Positions 49,382 to 61,631 of a DNA stretch of 64,000 bases are shown here, piece by piece (position 1 is the first letter of the stretch; every line of letters starts with the position of its first letter). Made by a program: the position numbers and the translations under genes. The notes under the pieces were generated by a model that saw nothing but the letters and a program-made list of their open reading frames with translations, made no database searches and had not been told where the DNA came from. This DNA is from Octopus sinensis (Eukaryota), in NCBI RefSeq assembly GCF_006345805.1, contig NC_043000.1, positions 1,426,001 through 1,490,000 on the forward strand, read 5' to 3'.

Positions 49382-50599
49382 TGATCCCTTTTGATCGAAA
49401 ATCTACCCCACTTTTTTTTTCTCCCCAAAAAGAAAAGCTCTACTTTGTAATTTGTCCCGTCTGTGTTCAGCCCCGTGTGGCTAATAAAAAAACATATCTT
49501 TGCTGTTCGGTGTGTCACAGGTATTGTGTCTTTAGTGTTTACTATCTCTTACCTGTTTTATTATTACTGCACCCTATGTCACCCACTCTGTTCCTATTAT
49601 TCACTAAGCCAAACTTACTGTATCACCACTCTCTTCTCTCTTTCTCTTTTACTTGTTTCAGTCATTTGACTGCGGCCATGCTGGAGCACCGCCTTTAGTC
49701 GAGCAAATCGACCACGGGACTTATTCTTTGTAAGCCCTGTACTTATTCTATCGGTCTCTTTTGCCGAACCGCTAAGTGACGGGAACGTAAACACACCAGC
49801 ATCGGTTGTCAAGCAATGCTAGGGGGACAAACACAGACACACACACATACATATATATACATATATACGACAGGCTTCTTTCAGTTTCCGTCTACCAAAT
49901 CCACTCACAAAGCATTGGTCGGCCCGGGGCTATAGCAGAGACACTTGCCCAAGATGCCACGCAGTGGGACTGAACCCGGAACCATGTGGTTGGTTAGCAA
50001 GCTACTTACCACACAGCCACTCCTACGCCTAACCACTGTTTACTGTGCTACATTTCCTCAAGCTATTATTTATTTATGCCACACTTCTTGTATTTTTCTT
50101 TACTACCCACAAGGGGCTAAACACAGAGGGGACAAACAAGGACAGAAAAACAGATTAAGTAGATTACATCGACCCCAGTGTGCAACTGGTACTTAATTTA
50201 TCGACCCCGAAAGGATGAAAGGCAAAGTCGACCTCGGTAGAATTTGAACTCAGAACGTAGCGGCAGACGAAATACCTATTTCTTTACTACCCACAAGGGG
50301 CTAAACACAGAGGGGACAAACAAGGACAGACAAACAGATTAAGTAGATTACATCGACCCCAGTGTGCAACTGGTACTTAATTTATCGACCCCGAAAGAAT
50401 GAAAGGCAAAGTCGACCTCGGCGGAACTTGAACCCAGAGCGTAACGGCAGACGAAATACTGCTAAGCATTTCGCCCGGCGTGCTAACATTTCTGCCAGCT
50501 CTCCGCCACACTTCTTGTAACTCTACTAGTTACCATCTCACACCTGTATATTTAACATCCACCATCGCATTTCTATTGTTTATTGTCATATTTTTTCAG

Positions 50600-50689
50600 G
50601 TAAACTTCACATACCAGTTCCTACGTAAGAAGTTCTTCATATTCTCGCAGTTTATGTTTGATGAACACATCAAGTCACGACTGATTAAG
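50600..50689 (+). CDS. WASHC4: WASHC4 coding exon 15 in window
   Basis: tttcAG|gta...aag|GTactt; [30 protein letters not shown]. Confidence 0.96.
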
Positions 50690-50762
50690 GTACTTAATTT
50701 CTTTCATACATCTAAAGCACACACACACACTCGCATGTACACAGACATGCACACACACACAC

Positions 50763-51340
50763 ATATATACATCATCATCATCATCATCGGTTAGTGTCCG
50801 CTTTCCATGCTAGCATGGGTTGGACGGTTCAACTGGGGTCTGGGGAGCCCGAAGGCTGCACCAGGCCAGTCAGATCTGGCAGTGTTTCTACAGCTGGATG
50901 CCCTTCCTAACGCCAACCACTCTGAGAGTGTAGTGGGTGATTTTATGTGCCACCGACACAGGTGCCAGACGAGGCTGGCGAACGGCCACGCTCGGATGGT
51001 GTTTTTTATGTGCCACCGACACAGGTGCCACACGAGGCTGGCAGACGGCCACGCTCGGATGGTGTTTTTTTATGTGCCACCGACACAGGTGCCAGACGAG
51101 GCTGGTAGACGGCCACGCTCGGATGGTGTATTTTATGTGCCACCGACACAGATGCCAGACGAGGCTGGCGAACGTCCACGATCGGATGGTGTTTGTTACG
51201 TGCCCACAGCACGGAGGCCAGTCGATGCGGTACTGGCTACGGCCATGTTCGGATGGTTTTCTTATGTGCCACCGGCGCTGGTACCACAAAGATACAAATT
51301 CCATTGATGTTCATCTATTTTGATTTGGTTTTCACTTGCC
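50763..51340 (-). mobile_element. RTE-like 3' UTR copy with 4 VNTR units
   Basis: same unit and flanks as the 8300 copy. Confidence 0.8.
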
Positions 51341-52437
51341 TGCATTTACATATTCATAGGCAGTGGTGTGACTGTGTAGGCGTGAAGTTTGCTTCTTAAA
51401 CCACGTGGTCTCAGTTTCAATTCCACTGTATGTCACTTTAGGCTAATATCTTCTTCTATAGCCCTGGCCTAACCAAAGCCATGTGAGTAGACTTTAGCAG
51501 ACAGAAACTGGAAGAAGCCTGTCATGTGTGTGTGTGTATGTCTTTCTTTACTACCCACAAGGGGCTAAACACAGAGAGGACAAACAATAACAGACAAACA
51601 GATTAAGTCGATTATATTGACCCCAGTATGTAACTGGTACTTATTTAATCGACCCCAAAAGGATGAAAGGCAAAGTCGACCTCGGCAGAATTTGAACTCA
51701 GAACGTAGCGGCAGACGAAATACCGATAAGCATTTCGCCCGGCGTGCTAACGATTCTGCCAGCTCGCCGCCTTGTGTGTGTATGTGCTATTGTGTGTGTG
51801 TGTGTGTGTACCCTTGACATCATGTGATTGTTGTGTATGAGCATCCTCATCATACAAGCAATGTTGTTCACTTCCAGTCTTCTGTAAAAACTCATCTGGC
51901 CATGGGCAAAATATTACCATACCAGGAAACAAGTGACACTGAATGACAAGAAGGGCATCTGGCCATTGCAAAATCTGCTTCAACTAATTCTGTCTGACCC
52001 ATGCAAGCATGGAAAAGGAAACATTAAATGATGAGAATGAGAATGATGATGATGATGATGATGATGATCTTCATACATACATGTATTCTGTCTTTCCTTG
52101 GGCTTTCAGCTCTTGACGGAACTGTAAGATCACTATCATAACATGCAGTGTATCCTGAGCATGTTAACCCTTTTGTTACCAACCTGGCTGAAATCAGCTC
52201 AAACTCTGAATGCAAATGTCTTGTTTTCATAAGTTTTGAATTAAAATCTTCCACCAAACTTAGTCACAATTTATGTTCCTAACACTAGCTTAATGGTAAC
52301 TAAGTTATTTTGCTAAATTCTTTGTTATATTTAAAGTAATTGAAAGAAACGCAGAGCACCTCAAAATAAATACAGCAACGAAAGGGTTAAAACGAGTGAA
52401 GTCCACCTTCCCCATGTGTGTACATAACCAATTTCTT

Positions 52438-52474
<37 letters not shown>

Positions 52475-53781
52475 CAACTCTGGTACTGGACTGATACTTT
52501 ATTTATCAACTTCAAAAGGATGAAAAGCAGAGTTGAGCTCCATGAATGTTGCATGAAAACATTCAGCACTTATCTATCTGGAATATTGATACATGAATAT
52601 ATCTGTTTCTTTACTACCCACAAGGGGCTAAACATAGAGGAGACAAACAAGGACAGACAAACGGATTAAGTTGATTATATCAACCCCAGTGTGTAACTGG
52701 TACTTATTTAATCGACCCCGAAAGGATGAAAGGCAAAGTCAACCTTGGCGGAATTTGAACTCAGAACGTAACGGCAGACGAAATACTGCTAAGCATTTCG
52801 CCCGGCGTGCTAACGATTCTGCCAGCTCGCCGCCTTTGAAACTTAATTACCACCACAGTGGCATGGCTGCTGCTGCGGCGGCAGTGGTGGTGGTGCAGTT
52901 TCCATCTACCAAATCCATTCACAGCATGGTGCTATAGTAGTAGACATTAGCCCAAGGTGCCATGCAGTTGGAAAGCAAATGTCTTACCACTCAGTCATGC
53001 TTGTGCCCTAATCTCTACGCATGTATAATCATCATCATCATCATCATCGTTTAACGTCCATTTTCCATGCTGGCATGGGCTGGACGGTTCAACTGGGGTC
53101 TGGGAAGCCAGAAGGCTGCGCCAGGCCCAGTCTGATCTGGCAGTGTTTCTACAGCTGGATGCCCTTCCTAACGCTAACCACTCCGCGAGTGTAGTGGGTG
53201 TTTTTATGTGCCACCGACACAAGTGCCAGATGAGGCTGGCGAACGGCCACGATCAGTCTTCGTATATGAATTGATATCTGTAGTTAGGTTCTTATTTCTA
53301 GCGTCAATTAGATTTGAGTTGGTGATATTGTAATGCATACTTATGTACATATGCATGTATGTATCTATGTATGTATAGATATGCATTTGTAAGTGTATAT
53401 ATACTTATGTACATACTTGTATGTTTATATGTACATATATGTATGTAGGTACTTATCTACTAATGTGTGTACTTATATGATTGTACATTCACAACAACTA
53501 ATTTGGATGGATTTTTCTGTTGCAGGCTGATAAATAATGATCCATCTAACGCATGCCAGCATGGCAAATGAACATAAAATGATGATGATGATGATTCTAT
53601 ATATGAGAGAGACACAGAAAGAGAGAGGGTGAAATAAATTTAGATAGATATGCACATCTTTACACATGCACATGATAAACCTTTGTTAACATGATAGACA
53701 TTACAGCACTGTACCCCTACAACAACATGCTTCTCCTATGCTCTCCCTGTTTTCTATCATTATACAATCATTCTATTTCAG

Positions 53782-53826
53782 GATTTGAAATTCTTCAAGG
53801 AACATCACATACACACTGACCAGAAG
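53782..53826 (+). CDS. WASHC4: WASHC4 coding exon 16 in window (45 nt)
   Basis: tttcAG|gat...aag|GTactg; DLKFFKEHHIHTDQK vs human DIRFFREIKDQNDHK; fills the gap between flanking exons in phase. Confidence 0.88.
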
Positions 53827-54537
53827 GTACTGTACACATTTTGTTATCTTTGAATGTAGGGACAATTGTGAGGGAAGGCATTATTAGCCAGGGGTTCTCT
53901 AGTCACTGCATATGCTTCTTTGCCTTTATTCTGGGATGCAAGCCTCAGCCCAAAGCCTACTCAGATAGTAAGATTTTTCCACACTAGTGCAAATATCTGA
54001 AGTGCCAATCTCTAATTGTGGAAGGAGTAGACCCAGGAAGATGTGGGACAAAGTAGTAAGAAATTATCTTCAGATGTTGGGCCTCACAGAGGAGATGACA
54101 AGAGACCGAGACTCCTGGCTTTTTGCTTTACTTGAGAAGACATGCCAAGCTAAGTAAGACTGTGGCCATCCATACATACAGATATGTCTTCTACATCCCT
54201 CTCTCAGCCAAGAGGTCCTTTCCTTGAGGCCTTGTGGGTGCTGGTATCACATAAAAGGTGCCCGTGCCAGTGCCACTTAAAGGCACCCGTGCCTGTGCCA
54301 CATAGAAGCACCCATACTTGTGCCACATAGAAGCACCCATACTTGTGCCATGTAAAAGTCCCACATAAAAGCATCCCTGCCAGTGCCTTTTAAAATGCCC
54401 ATACTGGTTCCCTATAAAATGCACTCTGGGCAGCTTCCCAGCTGGCCAGTTGCTGTCAAACTATCCAATCCACAGAAAGCAGGTATTAAATGATGGTGAT
54501 GATGATGACGATAATTGGAGTAGGTGTGCATCATCTA

Positions 54538-55102
54538 ATGGGTTGTCCGGAAACTTCGTGCTGATTTTTAAAGGAAAGAAAAAGGTCAATAAATACTTGC
54601 CATTACATTTTTAATCAACCAAATATGAACCATTTTGTTGCACAATGCATCTCCATCTTTCCTTTAACTTGAAAATACCCTCTTCCCAGAATTGAGGTGG
54701 TTTCATGACAAAGAATTCATCAAGGTCTCTTTTTACGCCATCCAAGGAATTGAAATTTTTACCATTAAGACTATTCTGCAGAGACCTGAATAAGTGGAAA
54801 TCCGAAGGAGCAATATCTGGTGAATATGGAGGGTGGGGTAACACATCCCAGTCGAGCTGCAGCAATTTTTGTCTGGTTCCCAAAGCATCAAGTCTGAAAA
54901 TGAACTTTCTTATCTTCCATTTTAAAGGGTTGCAGAATTAACACAGGTTATAGGAACATAAACCTTCTTCCACGAAAAGATAGCTTAACCTGTGCTCTAA
55001 ATGGAGGTGTAGTCTAATCCTCTTTTATGGACTCAACCATGTTCTAAAATAAGTCGAAAGGTAAGCTACTATAAATCGGCACAAACTTTCCGGACAACCC
55101 AA
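54538..55102 (-). mobile_element. Internally deleted mariner (DD34D) transposon
   Basis: ~30-bp TIRs (ATGGGTTGTCCGGAAACTTCGTGCTGATTT / TTGGGTTGTCCGGAAAGTTTGTGCCGATTT), TA on both sides; C-terminal HPPYSPDIAPSDFHLFRSLQNSLNGK; N-terminal MEDKKVHF from ATG at 54920. Confidence 0.93.
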
Positions 55103-55657
55103 TATTATGGTGCTAGGATGGTAAATGCTGCTACCATTGTGGTGGTATGGTACTAGGGTTGCAATACACATCTTGTTGTCATTACTCTAGACATGGGGTC
55201 TTGGGCCTTAGGCTTTTGGGAGAAGCGTATACAATGGTACTGTGCTTCATCTAAGCCATTTATGCGATAATGTATGAGTGTCTGTATGTCATAAAAAGAA
55301 TGAGGTGATATGTGGAGAATAGGGCCAAGAGTGAGTTGAAAGAATGAGTAGGAGTAAGAGGGTTGGAGAAGGGGAGGAAAGATTGAGATTAGAACTAGAC
55401 GTGACACAAATTTGACCTCTCTGTGAATATGTAATTGCCTGGTTTCATTTGTATGAATGTATACTCTTTAACTCTTTTACTTGTTTCAGTCATTTGACTG
55501 CGGCCATGCTGGAGCACCGCCTTTAGTCGAGCAAATTCTTTGTAAGCCCAGTACTTATTCATCGGTCTCTTTTGCCGAACCGCTAAGTGACGGGGACGTA
55601 AACACACCAGTATCGGTTGTCAAGCAATGCTAGGGAGACAAACACAGACACACAAAT

Positions 55658-55702
<45 letters not shown>

Positions 55703-56493
55703 AACGACAGGCTTCTTTCAGTTTCCGTCTACCAAATCCACTCACAAGGCATTGGTCGGCCCGAGGCTATAGCAGAAGACACTTGCCCAAGTTGCCACGC
55801 AGTGGGACTGAACCTGGAACCATGTGGTTGGTTAGCAAGCTACTTACCACATAGCCACTCCTGTGCCTATATGTATGTGTATCAGAACTTGAATGTATTA
55901 TATGCACTGATTATGTGTGCACACCTACTGCATATATATGTGTGTGTGTGTGTGTGTGTTGTTAATAATCACCAGAAGATAGAGAGTGACTCAAGGGTCG
56001 AGCATTTCATGTGTTGGCACTTATCAAGTTTGTTAAGTCCCAACACTCTAAGTGCTCAGTCATCGTGTTACTATATAACTTCTGCCAAGTATTAATAAAA
56101 AAAAGACAATTACATATACTCATGGTTTGAGTTCCATTTCCCTGTTTGTATCACCTCTCTTTATATATAAATATATATATATATATATATAAACTTAGAT
56201 ATGTTTCGACCAAAGATTGGTCCAGGCCATGTCTAACTTAATAGCACCACCTGATAGGATTATTCGAATCCTGTTTAAGTCAAGTTTTGTTCAAGTAGTG
56301 AGTTCTTGTTGAGTGAGTTGTATCCAATATATATATATATATAAGCAATAATAAATCGCTGAGCAAGGTATAAATACTGATAGGGCACAGAAGAAAGTGT
56401 GTCAATAGCCAGCTGGAAGAGGTATCCTCCCGGGACTACAAGCTACAGTAGCATCCACCCTTATGGGTTAGCCACATTTAAATAGCAAATATA

Positions 56494-56533
<40 letters not shown>

Positions 56534-56623
56534 CAACAATTGAGGGTAAAATTAATTAATTAATCAATTTCACCAAGTATTCAGTATGCAAAGGGACCAT
56601 TTAAGGCGAATTCAAATTATTAC

Positions 56624-57160
56624 ATTATATAAAAGGGCTTAGTAAAATAAATTACTTTGCCGCATACTGAACTCATTAGAAATAGCAGCTAAAAAACTTT
56701 TTTAAAACTATTTCTAATACTTAAAGAAAACCTCTCTCATATAGTGTTTGCTCAACTCAACTCACGCAAATATGGGGGTAGAGACATTAAAAAATCAAGT
56801 GCAAAAGTTATTTGAGAACGTACGTTTCAAGATTAGTCAACACGACATTTCTATCATCAGCTCAGAACTCCTGGTTTGGATTTGAAAACCAGTGTTTTCA
56901 AATCCAAACCAGGGAGTTCTGAGCTGATGATAGAAATGTCGTGTTGACTAATCTTGAAACGTACGTTCTCAAATAACCTTTGCACTTGATTTTTTAATGT
57001 CTCTACCCCCATATTTGCGTGAGTTGAGTTGAGCAAACACTATATGAGAGAGGTTTTCTTTAAGTATTAGAAATAGTTTTAAAAAAGTTTTTTAGCTGCT
57101 ATTTCTAATGAGTTCAGTATGCGGCAAAGTAATTTATTTTACTAAGCCCTTTTATATAAT
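56624..57160. repeat. Near-perfect long inverted repeat (266/267-bp arms, 4-nt loop)
   Basis: 56624-56889 is the reverse complement of 56894-57160; I saw one mismatch and one 1-nt indel; loop cagt. Confidence 0.95.
56920..56971 (+). ncRNA. Hammerhead-like fold in the palindrome arm (mirror copy 56813-56864 on - strand)
   Basis: tgag CTGATGA tagaaatgtcgtgttgactaatctt GAAAC G ta C GTT ctca; stem III is the palindrome AACGTACGTT; stem II imperfect with U.U closing pair. Confidence 0.5.
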
Positions 57161-57805
57161 ATATATATATATAATGCTAAGCATTTTTTCTGATGGCCCG
57201 ATAACTTAAGAGATGCCAGCATGGGTTTCCGCCCCGACATCCGAAACTTGGAGTTTTATCATGGCTACCAAATAATTGTCACATACTATATTTACTGATA
57301 AATTCCTCTATTTACATAATATCGAGGTCTCTTTCTTTCTTTTGTTGTCTTGCCATTTCTATCAATATATATATGTAGAAAGAGAGAGAGAGAGAGAGAA
57401 ATGAGAAATCAATAGGTCTGAGCCTTTCAGCTTTGAATTTGCACAATTCACTGAGTGTTTCATGAAAAAGTAAGGACATTTTGTATGAGTTGTAATGTGG
57501 TAGTTGGAACAAGTGAGCCATGGTGTAGTAATGGAGACATCCTGTTCTTTTTTTAGACCCAGGTCAACCCTGATAGAGTAAGCCTATGATCAAAGACATT
57601 TCGACCATCGCCATCTTGTCAGTTAATCTAGACGGCATCATGCAATGTGTCCTTCCTGTTCCAAGTTGCTATTGTGTAATTTGAGTTATTTGACTGCTGT
57701 TTCTAGAGTGAAGCTTGTGTATCTGTATATGCACATATGTGCATATGTATGTGTGTGTTTTATGTTTGTTTGGACTAACTGAGGGTGCTGATGATTATAG
57801 GATGG

Positions 57806-58257
57806 TAAGGCCAGCTGGAGACGTCGATCTCCTGGGGCTAAAAGTGTCAGTAACACCCACCCCCAGTGGCTAGCCACATTCAGATGGCTAGTACACTTTA
57901 TGTTGTCGAGCGGTTACTGTTTACATCTCGTTCGGAGATTTATTAATGCTTTCAGACAGTTTTTCTAAATCAGTGACTGTGGTTGCTGGGAAAAACATTA
58001 AATAGTTATTTGCAAGGGTCTCCTTCATCGAAAACCGGTGTTTACCATGCGTTGACGAGAGGCAAAAACCTTGAAACTATAGTCCGTATGTATCACTTAG
58101 GTTTTCGAGGGAGGATGACCTCCCTTTGCAAATATCATAAGGGCACAGAAATTGTGTCTAAGGCCAGCTGGAGACGTCGATCTCCTGGGGCTAAAAGCGT
58201 CAGTAACACCCACCCCCAGTGGCTAGCCACATTCAGATGGCTAGTACACTTTATGTT
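57806..58257 (+). mobile_element. 353-bp-unit retrozyme/Penelope-like element (partial tandem dimer)
   Basis: 99-bp direct repeats 57806-57904 and 58159-58257 (1 mismatch) enclosing a hammerhead fold. Confidence 0.7.
58046..58090 (+). ncRNA. Putative type I hammerhead ribozyme (two C>T departures from the canonical core)
   Basis: catgcg TTGACGA gagg caaaaa cctt GAAAC tata GTC cgtatg; stem I 6 bp, extended by tcgaaaacc/ggttttcga and tatttgcaaggg/ccctttgcaaata; palindromic actatagt stem III. Confidence 0.7.
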
Positions 58258-59510
58258 ATAGTAATGGTGTTTTCAGTGAATCAAGCTTATTATATGTCTA
58301 GCAGAAGAGTCTTCTGTATATGTGTGTGATGTCTATGTTGCCTCAGGCCAACACTAATCAAGCAGCTCAATGGTCAAAGGCCCTCTAGCTTTAAACATGC
58401 CATCCTTTATTCAAACACAGTGTATCTAAGGTTATATTATCCAATGTAAAAAAAAAAACCGCTTTTTCCGTGTCCGTAAAAGCACCCACTACACTCTCGG
58501 AGCGGTTGGCATTAGGAAGGGCATCCAGCTGTAGAAACTCTGCCAGATCAAGATTGGAGCCTGGTGCAGCCATCTGGTTCGCCAGTCCTCAGTCAAACCG
58601 TCCAACCCATGCTGGCATGGAAAGCAGACGTTAAACGATGATGATGATGTATGAAGAGCATTGTACAGTACAGAAGCAGTAAAACGAATGAAATGAGAAA
58701 TAAGGAGAGCTTCTAACAATGCAGAAAGTTCTAAAATCTGCTTCTACTAACTCTCCAAAATAGTAGGATCTACATAGACACACATTTGTCTATTTGTTTC
58801 ATAGTGTTCTTCTGAAGACAGGCCTGCCTTTGTGCTGATATATGAAGGGTTTTTTAAAGCTTTCCTAGAAGTTTTCCTTATTGCTCATTTCATTCCTTAT
58901 CCAATTAAAAACACACAGAAAACATTAGATTCTCTTCAACATTTAAATTTAATTTTTCAAAATATTTTTGTCGCTTTGAAACTACGGCCTGTTCGCTGAC
59001 AAAATTCTGATGATTTTTGTGTGATTTTAAATGACTTATAAACAACTTCCACACTGCAATCGTTCTTGTTTCAGCACACGATCTCAGATCAGGTCACTTG
59101 CTATGCAAGTACATCTCCATAATTCCTTATCAAATGTTTTATAACAATACCGTCAGGTGCATTACTGAGACAAGTTACATGATATAAAGCCCTTACTTGT
59201 TTGTTTGCCTATGTTTTTTTCACCTTTGTACTCTCCTCGACAAGCTGTGATCTTCACATGTCCAGGATCATTATTTTAAGTACTTTAGTTGAACTCGTTG
59301 CTAAGGAAGTGTTGAATGTGCAGATTAGGCTACCCAGTTTATTTTAGCTTCTAATAGTGGTGCTTATTGGTGGATATGTTTGGAGAGAGTGTACAGTTCC
59401 TGACAAAATTATGAGCAGTATTAAAATATGCACATACAGCTGTTCCTTCTTTTTCTGTCCCTCAACACATTATAAATAAAGACATATTATTTACATTCAT
59501 TGTAACACAA

Positions 59511-59856
59511 GTAGTATGACCCGGCGTTGCTGGGTCGTAGTGCTAGTGCATGCATATACAGCTGCGTGCGTGCACACATACACGCAAGTACTGTCCAAAT
59601 CTCCGACCAATCACATACAGCTAGCTGGCATTCAATTGGTTCAATTCGATTGGGTTTTTGATAGAAAATTCACAAAAAAGTTGCTTCTATTTATTTTTTA
59701 TGGCTTTGCGGGTTGACTGGGGTAATGTAAAGATGTGCATGACCACCCTTAAACGGTTTTGAATGACCATAGAAAGTGCGAGCCCTCTAACTGAAAAATT
59801 GTGGATTTGTATAAAGGACACGCACACAGACATTTTGCCGTTTATATATATAGAGA
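59511..59856 (-). mobile_element. Non-autonomous Helitron, third family
   Basis: hairpin gacccggc gtt gctgggtc near the terminus; other end ...gccgtttatatatatagaga|t as in the 18323 family. Confidence 0.65.
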
Positions 59857-61044
59857 TACAGTGTTGGCTAACAAACTTGTAGATATGTTATACAATGCAT
59901 TATAACAATCAATTTTTGTATCTTTGATTTTTTTTTTTCCATTATGTAGTGTGTGGGTTTGATCTGTGTTTAGTTTGTGATAAGGTGAAGTATACAGGGC
60001 GCAGGAGTGGCTGTGTGGTAAGTAGCTTGCTAACCAACCACATGGTTCCGGGTTCAGTCCCACTGCGTGGCATCTTGGGCAAGTGTCTTCTGCTATAGCC
60101 CCGGGCCGACCAATGCCTTGTGAGTGGATTTGGTAGACAGAAACTGAAAGAAGCCTGTCGTATATATGTATATATATATATATGTATGTGTGTGTATATG
60201 TTTGTGTGTCTGTGTTTGTCCCTCTAGTATTGCTTGACAACCGATGCTGGTGTGTTTATGTCCCCGTCACTTAGCGGTTCGGCAAAAGAGACCGATAGAA
60301 TAAGTACTGGGCTTACAAAGAATAAGTCCTGGGGTCGATTTGCTCGACTAAAGGTGGTGCTCCAGCATGGCCGCAGTCAAATGACTGAAACAAGTAAAAG
60401 AATAAAAAGAATAAAAGAAAATACAGTAAGTTTTGACTGCTATATCTAGCAGTTTGAATCTTAAGCTTCTTTGTAGATTTGGTGTCATATATTTATGTTG
60501 CTGAATGAGGACTATGATGGCTGTTTCATTTAATGTTCTTTGATGTTATTAGTTAGAAGGGAGATAGTGGACTTTGCAAATGCTCCTTTAAGTTTCTGAT
60601 TGTGGTGCCAGGTTTTTAGATGGTTGATGTAAAGCCCAGTGGTTAGGGCAGCGGACTCGCGGTCGTAGGATCGCGGTTTCGATTCCCAGACCGGGCGTTG
60701 TGAGTGTTTATTGAGCGAAAACACATAAAGCTCCACAAGGCTCCGGCAGGGATGGTGGTGATCCCTGCTGTACTCTTTCACCACAACTTTCTCTCACTCT
60801 TACTTCCTGTTTCTGTTGTACCTGTATTTCAAAGGGCCGGCCTTGTCACTCTCTGTGTCACGCTGAATATCCCCGAGAACTACGTTACGGGTACACGTGT
60901 CTGTGGAGTGCTCAGCCACTTACACGTTAATTTCACGAGCAAGCTGTTCCGTTGATCGGATCAACCGGAACCCTCGTCGTCGTAACCGACGGAGTGCTTC
61001 CATCCATCGATGTAAAGCTGGAGAAGTTAGTTACTTATAATAAA

Positions 61045-61372
61045 AAAAATTATAATAATAATTGTGTACAGTGCTCAGGTGCACTACAACTCATCTAAAG
61101 TGTATATATAATCAGGTGTAGTTTCGGCGGATTTCGGAAAGCATGAGGGCCTTAAAGGATGCAGTATCATGGCAGTCAACAACCAACGCAGGCAGTTTAT
61201 TCCACGCTTCAGCAACCCTGAGCGTGAAAAAATGTTTCCGAAAGTCATGGGAGCTGTGTTGTTTTCTGACTTTGTAGGCATGTCCACGTGTGTTAGACGG
61301 GTGGAGATCAAAAAGGTGTTCAGTGTTGTTGATGAGGTGGTTGATAACTTTGTGGGTGTTTACCAAGTCCGT
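61045..61372 (-). mobile_element. CR1-clade LINE 3' end
   Basis: TRGHAYKVRKQ...RVAEAWNKLP. Confidence 0.88.
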
Positions 61373-61442
61373 TTATGCTTTAAGAAATGTAGGTAGGTGC
61401 TTTATAGTTGATTAAAAAGTTTATTTGTTTATCACTATGCAG

Positions 61443-61551
61443 TATCCATATGACCGAGCTGAAAAATTCAACAAAGGGATCCGCAAGCTAGGTTTGACTC
61501 CTGATGGCCATAGCTATTTGGATCAGTTCCGTACCTTAATTACACAAATAG
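61443..61551 (+). CDS. WASHC4: WASHC4 coding exon 17 in window
   Basis: atgcAG|tat...g|GTaagt; [36 protein letters not shown]. Confidence 0.96.
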
Positions 61552-61631
61552 GTAAGTTACAATTCTATTTTCTCTTGTCCTGATATAAACCAGATGGTGA
61601 GCACCATATAGTAAGCAGTAAGGTCACAATG

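Noticed and set aside
56190-56245. Hammerhead-like geometry on the - strand (ttaga/tctaa, gacc/ggtc, GAAAC ATA)
   Set aside because: CUGANGA is replaced by catggcctg, so no catalytic core can be assigned; at most a decayed terminal repeat.
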